Assembly: GCA_013334245.1 (NCBI GenBank)
Contig: JAAXXZ010000002.1
Coordinates: 21,166-85,165 of the forward strand
Length of the DNA stretch: 64,000 nucleotides
Reading direction: 5' to 3'
Origin: Candidatus Moraniibacteriota bacterium
GTDB lineage: Bacteria > Patescibacteriota > Minisyncoccia > Moranbacterales > UBA1568
Part shown: positions 1 to 8,750 of the stretch, in pieces
How positions within the stretch are numbered: the first letter of the stretch is position 1
Layout: each line of letters opens with the position of its first letter
The notes under the pieces: generated by a model
Seen by the model: the letters and a program-made list of their open reading frames with translations, nothing else
Told to the model about the DNA's origin: nothing
Database searches by the model: none
Made by a program: the position numbers and the translations under genes

Positions 1-2
1 GG

Positions 3-1949
3 TATTATGCCGCAGGCAAGATCAAGGGATCGCGCTTCATCAAGCGCGAGGGCCGTCCTTCGGACGACGCCATCCTTTCGGGGCGGGCGGTGGACCGTAC
101 GGTGCGACCGCTGTTCGACGGACGTATGAGAAGCGAGGTGCAGGTCGTTACGACCGTGCTTTCGTTCGACGGTGAGAACGATCCGGATCTCGTGGCGATC
201 ATCGCGGCCTCGGCGGCGCTCGCGATTTCCGATATTCCATGGAACGGTCCGGTCGGGGCGGTTCGGGTCGGACGGATCAACGGCGGCGATTTCATCCTGA
301 ATCCGACGACCGAAGAGCGCGAGAGTTCGCAGAATGCGCTTGACCTCATGATTTCCGGAACCAAGGACAAGATCAACATGATCGAGGCGGGAGCCAACGA
401 GATTCCCGAGTCTGAGATGGCGGAGGCTTTCAAGTTCGGTTTCGAGAGCGTTCAGAAGATCGCCACCTTCATAGAGGGTATCCGCGCCGAAATCGGAAAG
501 CCGAAGTCGGAAGCCATCATGCTCGCCGGCCCGGAAGGATTCGACGAGGATTTGAAAGCGTTCCTTCGAAAGGAAGGACTTTCCGAAGCCCTTTTCGCCT
601 TGGGGAAGAAAGAGGAAAAGGAAGCTCGCTTCAATGAGATCGCGAAGAAAATGAAGGAATACATCGCCGAAAAGTATCCGGAACAGGCATCCGGGTTGGG
701 CGAGGTTTCTTCCTTGGTCATGGACGAGGTTTCCGACGAGATATTGCACGAGAAAATCCTGAAGGAGGGTATCCGACCGGACGGACGCAAACTCGATGAG
801 ATACGGACCATCACGTCGCATGTCGGCGTGCTGCCGCGTACGCATGGGACCGGTCTCTTTACCCGTGGCGAGACGCAGGCGCTGACCGTGACGACCCTCG
901 GCGCTCCCGGCGATCAGATGATCGTGGACACGATGGAGGTCGACATGAAAAAACGGTACATGCATTTCTACAATTTCCCGCCGTATTCGGTGGGAGAGGT
1001 AAGGCCGATGCGCGGCCCTGGGCGGCGCGAAGTCGGACATGGAGCACTCGCGGAGAAGGCCCTTTTGCCGGTGTTGCCGCCGTTTGAGACATTCCCGTAC
1101 ACCATCCTGCTCGTTTCGGAGGTACTTTCCTCGAACGGCTCTTCGTCCATGGCGTCCACCTGCGGATCGACACTGTCGCTCATGGACGCGGGTGTTCCGA
1201 TCAGGAAGCCGGTCGCGGGCATCGCGATGGGCATAGTCGAGGGTGACGGCGAGTACCGCGTACTGTCGGATATACAGGGACTCGAGGATCACTTCGGCGA
1301 CATGGACTTCAAGGTCGCTGGGACCGCGGACGGTATTACGGCCATGCAGATGGACGTCAAGATAGACGGACTTACGCCGGAGACGCTGGCAGAAGCGCTG
1401 AAACAGGCGAAGGAAAGCCGCCTCTTCATCCTCGGAAAGATGCTCGAGACGATAGCCGAGCCGAGACAGCAGATGTCGGCGTATGCGCCGCGCATCATCA
1501 CCCTGCACATCAACCCGGAGAAGATTCGCGACGTCATCGGTCCGGGTGGCAAGATGATCAATAGGATCATCGATGAGACCGGAGTTTCCATCGATATAGA
1601 GGACGATGGATCGGTTTTCATCACCTCGACCGACGAGACAAGCGCCAAGACCGCCGTCGAATGGATCAATAACCTGACGCGTGAGGTGAAGGCCGGGGAG
1701 CTTTTCCAGGGTCGCATCACGAGACTGATGAACTTCGGAGCGTTCGCGGAAGTGCTGCCGAATCAGGAAGGGCTTATCCATATCTCCGAACTGGCGGACT
1801 ACCGTGTCGAGAAGGTGGAAGACGTCGTCAAGGTCGGTGATGTCATTCCGGTTGTCGTCAAGGAGATCGACAGTCAGGGACGAATCAACCTTTCGCACAA
1901 GGCGGCCGTCCGAAGACTCGAGTCGGAGGGTCAGGCGAGCGCCGAGTAA
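3..1949 (+). CDS. pnp: Polynucleotide phosphorylase (PNPase), 5'-partial (continues upstream of window)
   Basis: Frame from nt 3 reads YYAAGKIKGSRFIKREGRPSDDAILSGRAVDRTVRPLF, the second RNase PH-like PNPase domain. KH and S1 domains are at the C-terminus (GRITRLMNFGAFAEVLPNQEGLIHISELADYRVEKVEDVVKVGDVIPVVV). Confidence 0.9.
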   Translation, partial: YYAAGKIKGSRFIKREGRPSDDAILSGRAVDRTVRPLFDGRMRSEVQVVTTVLSFDGENDPDLVAIIAASAALAISDIPWNGPVGAVRVGRINGGDFILNPTTEERESSQNALDLMISGTKDKINMIEAGANEIPESEMAEAFKFGFESVQKIATFIEGIRAEIGKPKSEAIMLAGPEGFDEDLKAFLRKEGLSEALFALGKKEEKEARFNEIAKKMKEYIAEKYPEQASGLGEVSSLVMDEVSDEILHEKILKEGIRPDGRKLDEIRTITSHVGVLPRTHGTGLFTRGETQALTVTTLGAPGDQMIVDTMEVDMKKRYMHFYNFPPYSVGEVRPMRGPGRREVGHGALAEKALLPVLPPFETFPYTILLVSEVLSSNGSSSMASTCGSTLSLMDAGVPIRKPVAGIAMGIVEGDGEYRVLSDIQGLEDHFGDMDFKVAGTADGITAMQMDVKIDGLTPETLAEALKQAKESRLFILGKMLETIAEPRQQMSAYAPRIITLHINPEKIRDVIGPGGKMINRIIDETGVSIDIEDDGSVFITSTDETSAKTAVEWINNLTREVKAGELFQGRITRLMNFGAFAEVLPNQEGLIHISELADYRVEKVEDVVKVGDVIPVVVKEIDSQGRINLSHKAAVRRLESEGQASAE

Positions 1950-1973
1950 TCTTGGAAAACAAAGCGTAGAAAG

Positions 1974-2003
1974 CGACCCGGACGTCCCGGGTCGCTTTTT
2001 TTA
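1974..2003 (+). terminator. Rho-independent terminator after pnp
   Basis: GC hairpin gcgacccggacgtcccgggtcgc followed by a T7 run. Confidence 0.7.
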
Positions 2004-2061
2004 CGCCGGATTCAATGTTATACTTGAACCGTTCCAAAAAATACCGATCCATTCACGCAGT

Positions 2062-3114
2062 ATGAGTGATCTCAAGGAAATGTTCGCAAAACGGGAGGGA
2101 CAGGAGGAACACGCCGACATAACGCCGGAGGAATATAAACATATTCATGTCATGCAGGACGATCTGGATGAACTTTCCGGAAAAAACACTGAAAAGCCCG
2201 TCGAACGGAACACGGAGGAGACGTCGATCGCGGCGGGAGGCAATCCGTTTCTCGGCGATGTTTCGGGCGCTGGCGCCGTTTCTCCGCAAGAATTGGGCGG
2301 TCCTTCGGAAACCAATGCGAAAACAAAGCTTCGGTCACTGAAAATCGATAGGAAAATACTGATCGTTTCCGGCGTAATCGTGCTCGTCATACTGATAGTC
2401 GCGGCCGTATTCGTAATCGTTGGTAGAAGTGCCCCGCCTCAGGATGTGCCTACCGGCGAAGATCTTTCGTCGAAAGCCGCCGTGACCCCGACCGTTTCGG
2501 AGAGTCTTTCCACTCCGGTCGATACGACGGAAAAGCCTTTCGTCGAGACCGGAGCGAATTACCTGCAGCTGAATACCGATTCGACGGATACGACGACAGA
2601 TGACATCGTCTCGATCCTTGACGAAACGGCATCTAAGATGAGCGTCATGGATACATCTGTTCCGGTCGAGTTCCTTGTCCGGGATATGAACAATAACCCG
2701 ATCGCGTTCTCGCGCTTCGCCTATCTTCTCGGACTGAAGCTTCCGGAGGAGCTGCTCGCGAACGTGAATGAGTCGTTTTCGCTGTATTTCGTGCGCGAAC
2801 CGATCGGTGTCCGCAGGGCGCTTGTCATCCAGGTAAAAGATGCCGAAAAGCTGAGCGCCACGATCGTGAAGAGCGAATCTTCTCTCCCGGCGTCGTTCAG
2901 TGCGTTATTGTATGGCAAGGGAGTCGTCGTTTCGTCCGCGCAGTCTTTTCGGGACGGCTCGTTCGGAACGATGCACACGAGGTTTTCCATCGTGAGTGCG
3001 GAAGCGGGACTTTCATTCGATCACGTGGTATTGGAAAAACGCTGGATCATCGGTACGAGCAAAGATTCGTTTGGTTCGGTCCTGGGCGGCGTGCTGCAAA
3101 AGATTTCAAAATAA
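2062..3114 (+). CDS. Hypothetical membrane-anchored protein (single TM ILIVSGVIVLVILIVAAVFVIVG)
   Basis: Long ORF. I prefer the ATG at 2062 (MSDLKEMF) to the track start at 1804, which would overlap pnp and its terminator. It has one TM helix and a Ser/Thr-rich extracytoplasmic part. Confidence 0.6.
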   Translation: MSDLKEMFAKREGQEEHADITPEEYKHIHVMQDDLDELSGKNTEKPVERNTEETSIAAGGNPFLGDVSGAGAVSPQELGGPSETNAKTKLRSLKIDRKILIVSGVIVLVILIVAAVFVIVGRSAPPQDVPTGEDLSSKAAVTPTVSESLSTPVDTTEKPFVETGANYLQLNTDSTDTTTDDIVSILDETASKMSVMDTSVPVEFLVRDMNNNPIAFSRFAYLLGLKLPEELLANVNESFSLYFVREPIGVRRALVIQVKDAEKLSATIVKSESSLPASFSALLYGKGVVVSSAQSFRDGSFGTMHTRFSIVSAEAGLSFDHVVLEKRWIIGTSKDSFGSVLGGVLQKISK

Positions 3115-3136
3115 GCCTTGTCCAAGACAAAAGAAA

Positions 3137-3172
3137 AAAGTGACCGCATTTATTTTTGCGGTCACTTTTTTC
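3137..3172 (+). terminator. Rho-independent terminator
   Basis: aaaaagtgaccgca...tgcggtcactttttt hairpin followed by a T-run. Confidence 0.7.
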
Positions 3173-3240
3173 GATCACGTGCTCGTGAAGGCCAGAGTGA
3201 TCAAGTATTCGCGAGTTGAAGCGAAAACGGAAAGACATGA

Positions 3241-3269
3241 TTGACCGCGCGATAAAAAAATGCTATACT
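3241..3269 (+). promoter_or_regulatory. Consensus sigma70-like promoter (TTGACC-17nt-TATACT) driving a non-coding-looking transcript
   Basis: ttgaccgcgcgataaaaaaatgctatact, with a 17-nt spacer. The nearest credible CDS (yraN) is about 560 nt downstream, beyond an intrinsic terminator. Confidence 0.5.
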
Positions 3270-3771
3270 ACGGAAGTAAAGAACATTTAAAACGAAGTTG
3301 GTGAACGGAGAAAGAAGTTTCAGCCACGAACTCCCCCTGATCGTGACTGAAACCTCTTTCACTGTTCAAACGCATCAGGTTGAACTCTTCCTGGTGCAAC
3401 CTCGGATCTGACCCGGGGACCAAAACAAAAATAAACAAGCCGAAAAATAATATAATCGGCATGTTTGAAACAAAAAGAAAAAGAGAAAACAGTTCTTTCA
3501 AGAAAGGCTATATGCCAGAGAACGGTGAAAGGAAGTCGTCATAGCAGTCAGACAGACGGCAAAAACGGTATGTATGTTCACAAACTACATGCGGCAGAAT
3601 GGACTATGAGACATCTTCACACCCGGGGATGTGTAGTAGCCTCGCCACATGTTGGGACATGCAGTCGGGCGCTTCAGCCACATTATTTATATATTGGGCG
3701 CACGAAGCGCCCGACACCAACAATCTTTATCTCTGATTGTGATGTCGGGCGGTGGCGGATGGCGGTGGATG

Positions 3772-3797
3772 CCCTGATGGGGCGTTTTTTTATTGCT
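3772..3797 (+). terminator. Intrinsic terminator closing the 3277-3797 transcript
   Basis: gccctgatggggc hairpin followed by tttttttatt. Confidence 0.55.
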
Positions 3798-3827
3798 TAA
3801 ACGTGGTGGGAGGGTTATTCTATCGAC

Positions 3828-4226
3828 ATGAAGGCTATCAGGCGCTTCCATCTCAAAAATCCTTTGGGAAATCGCGGAGAGAATGATGCCGCGACTTTCT
3901 TGCGGTCGCTCGGGTACAAGATCCTCGATAGGAATTACAGGAACGCTGTCGGAAAAGCGCTCGGTGAGATCGATATCGTCGCCAAAGACGGCGACGAGAT
4001 CGTGTTTGTCGAGGTGAAAGCTCGGACCGCATCGGAACGCTCATCCGTTCTTCCCGAGGAAAGCATAACGTTTGGAAAACTGAGAAAACTGGAAAGAATA
4101 TCGTCGGCATATCTCCGGGAAAAATCCGTGCTCTCGGCGCAGTATCGCTTCGATGCCGTGCTTGTGATGTATGGCGACTCTCCACACGGAAGTGAGATAC
4201 GCCACTTCAAAAGTATTTTTCTTTGA
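3828..4226 (+). CDS. yraN: YraN family (UPF0102) endonuclease-like protein
   Basis: GE(I)DIVAKDGDEIVFVEVKARTAS motif typical of UPF0102/YraN. RBS ggtgggagg lies upstream. Confidence 0.8.
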   Translation: MKAIRRFHLKNPLGNRGENDAATFLRSLGYKILDRNYRNAVGKALGEIDIVAKDGDEIVFVEVKARTASERSSVLPEESITFGKLRKLERISSAYLREKSVLSAQYRFDAVLVMYGDSPHGSEIRHFKSIFL

Positions 4227-4345
4227 ATCCCTATGTCTGAGGAAGTGAAAGATATCGCTTAAACGAAGCCAAAACGACGTTGCGTGACTTTACTTTCACA
4301 TGCCTTCGTCGTACAATTGACTCGTATAATCCTGTATTCAAACGT

Positions 4346-4705
4346 ATGACTGTCAGCAGCGAATTCCTGGAAGAGATGAAGGAGGCTCTTCTGTTGGAGA
4401 AGTCCCGGATGGAGGCGGAGCTTGGCCGATTTGCGGATAGGACGGATATTCCCGGTGATTACGAGACCCGCTTCGAGGATATCGGAAACGACCGGGATGA
4501 TAATGCGACCGAAGTCGAGCAATACGCGGATAATATCGCTCTTGAGGAGAATCTGGAAGGCCAGCTGTCCGAGGTAAACGAGGCCATTTCAAGGATTGAT
4601 GCCGGCACATACGGCGTATGTGTCAGTTGCGGTGCCGATATCGAAGAGGGCAGACTTCGGGCATATCCGGCCGCGAAGGAATGCATGGCCTGTTTGAAGA
4701 AATAA
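4346..4705 (+). CDS. TraR/DksA family C4-type zinc-finger transcriptional regulator
   Basis: C-terminal CVSCGADIEEGRLRAYPAAKECMACL four-Cys finger after a coiled-coil N-terminus. Start chosen at the MTVSSEFL ATG. Confidence 0.75.
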   Translation: MTVSSEFLEEMKEALLLEKSRMEAELGRFADRTDIPGDYETRFEDIGNDRDDNATEVEQYADNIALEENLEGQLSEVNEAISRIDAGTYGVCVSCGADIEEGRLRAYPAAKECMACLKK

Positions 4706-4709
4706 GTAG

Positions 4710-5135
4710 ATGCTTTCTTGTATTGAAAAAATTCACGTGAAAGGCCGCGAAATGTTATTGTTCGCGGTCTTGTTGTTTGCGGACCTGTCAGTGAAGAGCT
4801 TGTTCGAAGATTCTTCTCGTGCTTATTGTAATCCGGACGGTCCATGGGGGTGGCGAATCGGTATCGGAATGATGACCGTCTTGGTGATTTTTGCGTTGGC
4901 TGGAATCGTGACCGCCTTCGTTCGAAACAGGTCGATGTCGTTCCGTATCGTTCTTATCGTGATTTTGGCAGGTGGGACGGGCAATCTTCTGGATAGGGCA
5001 CTGCTCGGTTGCGTGCGTGATTACACGATCGTACCATGGTTTCCCGCATTCAATTTGGCTGACATGATGATTACCGCGGGCGCGGTACTGGCGCTATGGT
5101 TTGCAGGTATCCGTCGTTCCGACGGACACGTGTGA
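4710..5135 (+). CDS. lspA: Lipoprotein signal peptidase II
   Basis: GGTGNLLDRAL...VRDY...WFPAFNLADMMITAGAVL matches the LspA conserved motifs (NxxDR, FNxAD). It has multiple TM helices. The start may instead be at 4752. Confidence 0.8.
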   Translation: MLSCIEKIHVKGREMLLFAVLLFADLSVKSLFEDSSRAYCNPDGPWGWRIGIGMMTVLVIFALAGIVTAFVRNRSMSFRIVLIVILAGGTGNLLDRALLGCVRDYTIVPWFPAFNLADMMITAGAVLALWFAGIRRSDGHV

Positions 5136-5162
5136 TATAGTTGAAGCACCTATCGAATCAAT

Positions 5163-6686
5163 ATGCCTGCACGAATATTTTCCGTCGCCACGGTCGGACT
5201 CGACGGGGTGACGGTCGAGGCCGAAGTGGATGTCCTGAATCAGGGATTGCATGCGTTTACGCTCGTCGGACTGCCGGATACCTCGGTGAAGGAATCCCGT
5301 GAGCGCGTCAGTTCTTCGATCAAGAACAGCGGTTTCAAGCCGCCACACCAGAACGGTCGCATCACCGTCAATCTGGCCCCGGCGGATTTGCCGAAACAAG
5401 GGCCCGTGTACGATCTTCCGATAGCGCTCGGCTATCTTCGTGCTACCGGACAGTTGGATTTCGAACCCGCGGGAAAGCTGTTTCTTGGGGAACTCGCGCT
5501 CGATGGCGCCGTACGACGCGTAAATGGCGTGATTTCGGCGGCCGTATTGGCACGTGACGCCGGTTTCCCGGAGTTGTACGTACCTGCGGAGAATGCGGCG
5601 GAGGCGTCGCTTATTCCGGGCATAACCGTCTATCCCGTACGGAATCTCTTGTCACTCGTGTCCCATCTGTTGGGTCGCGAGCGTATCGAGGCCTTCGTGT
5701 CCGAAGAGACGCCGTTTGTCGAAGACTCGAAGGATGTTCTCGATATGTCGGAGGTGCGCGGTCAGGAGCATGCGAAGCGCGCGCTTGAAATCGCGGCTTC
5801 CGGGGGTCACAATGCGATTTTGGTCGGCCCGCCGGGATCGGGAAAGACATTGCTTGCGCGAGCTCTTCCGACCATTCTTCCCGCGTTGTCCCTTTCGGAA
5901 AGCCTGGAAGTGACCAAGATTTTTTCGGTCGCCGGAAAGCTGTCGGCGGAAAAGTCGCTCGTACGTCGTCGTCCGTTCCGATCACCGCACCATAGCGCAT
6001 CGGCGATTTCGCTTGTGGGAGGAGGGACCGTTCCGCGGCCTGGAGAAGTGAGTCTGGCACATCGTGGCGTGCTGTTTCTCGACGAATTTGCGGAGTTTCC
6101 GAAGTCCGTGCTGGAGAACCTTCGTCAGCCGCTTGAGGATGGCCATGTGTCGGTTTCCCGCATCAAGGGAACAAGCACGTTTCCTGCCAGGTTTACTCTG
6201 GTCGCGGCCATGAACCCGTGTCCGTGCGGGTACGCCGGGGATCCGGAACGTATGTGCTCCTGTTCGCCGTTTCATGTGCTCCGATACAGGGAAAAGATAT
6301 CCGGGCCGATACTCGACCGCATCGATCTTCAGGTATCCGTTCCGCGACCGAAAATAGAGAAACTCGAGGAAACCGGACGGGGAGAGTCGAGCGCCGATAT
6401 ACGGGAACGGGTGGAGGCTGCCAGGGCGCGGCAGGAGCGTCGTTTCGAAGGCAAGACGATTCATACCAACAGCGAGATGGGTCCGGAGATGATACGGGAG
6501 TACTGCAGACTTGATGAGGATTCGAAACAGTTGCTTCGCGGAGCCGTTTCAGAGTTGAAATTATCCGCCAGAAGCTATCATCGCATCCTGAAAGTCTCCC
6601 GGACGATCGCCGACCTTGCCGGATCGGAAGATATCCTGATGGGCCATGTCGCGGAAGCACTGCAGTTCCGATTCCGCAGCGAGTAA
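5163..6686 (+). CDS. comM: YifB/ComM family Mg-chelatase-like AAA+ ATPase
   Basis: N-terminal Lon-like domain (GLPDTSVKESRERVSSSIKNSGF), Walker A (GPPGSGKT), AAA+ core and C-terminal ChlI-like domain. Confidence 0.9.
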   Translation: MPARIFSVATVGLDGVTVEAEVDVLNQGLHAFTLVGLPDTSVKESRERVSSSIKNSGFKPPHQNGRITVNLAPADLPKQGPVYDLPIALGYLRATGQLDFEPAGKLFLGELALDGAVRRVNGVISAAVLARDAGFPELYVPAENAAEASLIPGITVYPVRNLLSLVSHLLGRERIEAFVSEETPFVEDSKDVLDMSEVRGQEHAKRALEIAASGGHNAILVGPPGSGKTLLARALPTILPALSLSESLEVTKIFSVAGKLSAEKSLVRRRPFRSPHHSASAISLVGGGTVPRPGEVSLAHRGVLFLDEFAEFPKSVLENLRQPLEDGHVSVSRIKGTSTFPARFTLVAAMNPCPCGYAGDPERMCSCSPFHVLRYREKISGPILDRIDLQVSVPRPKIEKLEETGRGESSADIRERVEAARARQERRFEGKTIHTNSEMGPEMIREYCRLDEDSKQLLRGAVSELKLSARSYHRILKVSRTIADLAGSEDILMGHVAEALQFRFRSE

Positions 6687-6785
6687 GGTGTCCTGGAAAT
6701 CTTGAGAGAAACGAGTATTCCGTATCCCGAGCGCCGATGGCGGCGAGTGGAAAGCATTTCGTAAGCGTGATAACGATGTTCTGGC

Positions 6786-7736
6786 ATGAGCAGAAAAAGA
6801 ACCACTATTATCAGCGCCGTCATTCTTGGAAGCGTAGCCATCGCCTCCTTTTTTATCATGTCGCAAAAAACCGCCCACATATATGGTTCATCCGCGCCGA
6901 AATTCGTTTCCGTGGTCGTCGACGGGTTTCCCATGTCGTACCCTTCGGTGACGGAATTGACTGTCGGGGGCTTTATTGACGGTCTTGGCATGGACATATC
7001 GTCGCGAGACGACGTTTTCCCTTCTCGGGACGTTTTGCTTTCATCGGGTATGAACATCATCGTGAACCGCCTGAAGACCGTCTCGATCCGCGCGGACGGG
7101 GAAACGCGGGAAATTAAAACGAATGCGCGGACCTCGGGGGAAGCGCTTATGGAGACGGATATTACGCTCCGTGAAGAGGATTTGGTCGCTCCGGCACGGG
7201 AAGCGCTGCTGTCCCGAAGCGAAAAAATCACCGTGACCCGCGTCGAGATTCGGGAAGAATCGACGGAGAAAAAAATCGCATTCGAGACGAAAACCAAGGA
7301 AGATGATACGCTGAGCTGGAGGAAGAAGGTCACCGAACAGAAAGGCGAATACGGGATACGGACCTACCGGTATCGTGTGAGCTATCATGATGGAAAGGAG
7401 GTCTCCCGAAAGCTGTTGGGCAGCGAGGTGACCAAGGAGCCGGTTACGGAGATCGTCGTGCAGGGGACGTATGTCAAAACAGGGAAAGCGGTCCGAGGGA
7501 TGGGAACGTGGTATTCGTATACCGGAAAGCGTGCGGCGGCAAGCCTTTCCTTGCCCCTGGGCAGTTATGCCAGGGTCACGAATCCGGCGAACGGAAAGTC
7601 GGTCATTGTCGTCATCAATGACAGGGGTCCGTACGGAAAAGGAAGGATTATCGATCTGGACAAGGTAGCCTTTGAGGAGATAGCATCACTCGGGGCGGGG
7701 GTCATCGATGTGAAAGTGGAGCTGGTACTGAACTAG
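6786..7736 (+). CDS. DUF348-G5-3D domain protein (YabE/RlpA-like cell-wall binding protein)
   Basis: N-terminal TM, a G5-like segment, and a C-terminal 3D/DPBB domain (YTGKRAAASLSLPLGSYARVTNPANGKSVIVVINDRGPYGKGRIIDLD). Confidence 0.75.
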   Translation: MSRKRTTIISAVILGSVAIASFFIMSQKTAHIYGSSAPKFVSVVVDGFPMSYPSVTELTVGGFIDGLGMDISSRDDVFPSRDVLLSSGMNIIVNRLKTVSIRADGETREIKTNARTSGEALMETDITLREEDLVAPAREALLSRSEKITVTRVEIREESTEKKIAFETKTKEDDTLSWRKKVTEQKGEYGIRTYRYRVSYHDGKEVSRKLLGSEVTKEPVTEIVVQGTYVKTGKAVRGMGTWYSYTGKRAAASLSLPLGSYARVTNPANGKSVIVVINDRGPYGKGRIIDLDKVAFEEIASLGAGVIDVKVELVLN

Positions 7737-7844
7737 CGGGAAACGAAAAGAAAAGTGAAAAAAGGAAGGACGGGAATATTCGTATCACATTCACCTTCCG
7801 TTCGTTTCATCCCATGAAGATTCTGCACAATATATACTACAGAT

Positions 7845-8666
7845 ATGGAACAAGTGAAGGCGAAAAAATCACTCGGACAGAACTTCCTCCGCGATGTCGA
7901 TATCATCGACGGGATTTTGGAAATCGCGGACCTCGGATCGGAAGATCGGGTGCTTGAGATAGGTCCGGGAACGGGTGCTCTCACATCTCATCTGCTCGCG
8001 CACGTGGCGTCCGTGACCGCCGTCGAGATCGATCACGACATGATCGTCCGTCTCGGAGAGACCTTTTGCGAATCCAAGGGCTTGTCTTTATTGGAAGCGA
8101 ATATCCTCGACATGGATCTCGGCACCTATCTTCGCGACGCCGGTTTCGAGGATGGAAAGTACAAGATCATCGCGAATATCCCCTATTACATAACCGCTCC
8201 GATCATCCGTCTCCTCTTGTCTTTGGCGATACGTCCGGAGAGGATGGTGCTCATGGTGCAAGAAGAGGTAGCCGATCGACTTTCCGCGGCGCCAGGCGAC
8301 ATGAGTCTCCTCTCGCTTATGGCACAGTACTATGCCGACGTTTCGAAGGAACTGTTTGTGCCCCGATCCGCCTTCATTCCCGAGCCGAAGGTTGACAGCG
8401 CGGTGATCAGGCTCGTTCCAAAACGTCCGTATTCGAAGGATACGGATAGGATTCTTTTCCGCACGGCGAGAGCTGGATTCGCCGCGAGGAGAAAGACCCT
8501 CGCGAACAATCTGTCATCCGCTTTTCATATCGAGCGGAAACAAGCCGAAGAAATGATCGTCGGAATCGGGCTTGGTCGCCTGGTCCGTGCGCAGGAACTG
8601 TCGGTCGAGAACTGGATCACGCTTTCAGAGGAGGTCGAGGCTATGCGGAACGAAACCGGAAATTGA
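7845..8666 (+). CDS. rsmA: 16S rRNA (adenine1518/1519-N6)-dimethyltransferase
   Basis: KSLGQNFLRDVDIIDGILEIADL...VLEIGPGTGALT is the classic KsgA/RsmA N-terminus and SAM motif. Confidence 0.9.
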   Translation: MEQVKAKKSLGQNFLRDVDIIDGILEIADLGSEDRVLEIGPGTGALTSHLLAHVASVTAVEIDHDMIVRLGETFCESKGLSLLEANILDMDLGTYLRDAGFEDGKYKIIANIPYYITAPIIRLLLSLAIRPERMVLMVQEEVADRLSAAPGDMSLLSLMAQYYADVSKELFVPRSAFIPEPKVDSAVIRLVPKRPYSKDTDRILFRTARAGFAARRKTLANNLSSAFHIERKQAEEMIVGIGLGRLVRAQELSVENWITLSEEVEAMRNETGN

Positions 8667-8699
8667 CATCCGGCGGACCGTCGAAAAAACCTCAGTAAA

Positions 8700-8725
8700 A
8701 AAGCCGGCCTGAGCCGGCTTTTGCG
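8700..8725. terminator. Bidirectional terminator between convergent rsmA and the UbiA-like gene
   Basis: aaaagccggcctgagccggctttt, a palindrome flanked by A- and T-runs. Confidence 0.65.
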
Positions 8726-8750
8726 GTCGATACGCCTATCGTTTTGTCCT

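Noticed and set aside
1804-2061. Track start for the 436-aa ORF at 1804, overlapping the last 146 nt of pnp
   Set aside because: That start would read through the pnp stop region and the pnp intrinsic terminator. The ATG at 2062 downstream of the terminator is more plausible.
3465-3800. 111-aa ORF (MKQKEKEKTVLSRK...) within the putative ncRNA region
   Set aside because: Odd composition (His/Cys/Arg-rich), no RBS, and it reads through the terminator hairpin. More consistent with a non-coding transcript, but not fully excluded.
6578-7333. 251-aa minus-strand ORF overlapping the DUF348-G5-3D gene
   Set aside because: Antisense to a gene with recognisable G5 and 3D domains. The frame is Ser/Arg-rich low complexity.
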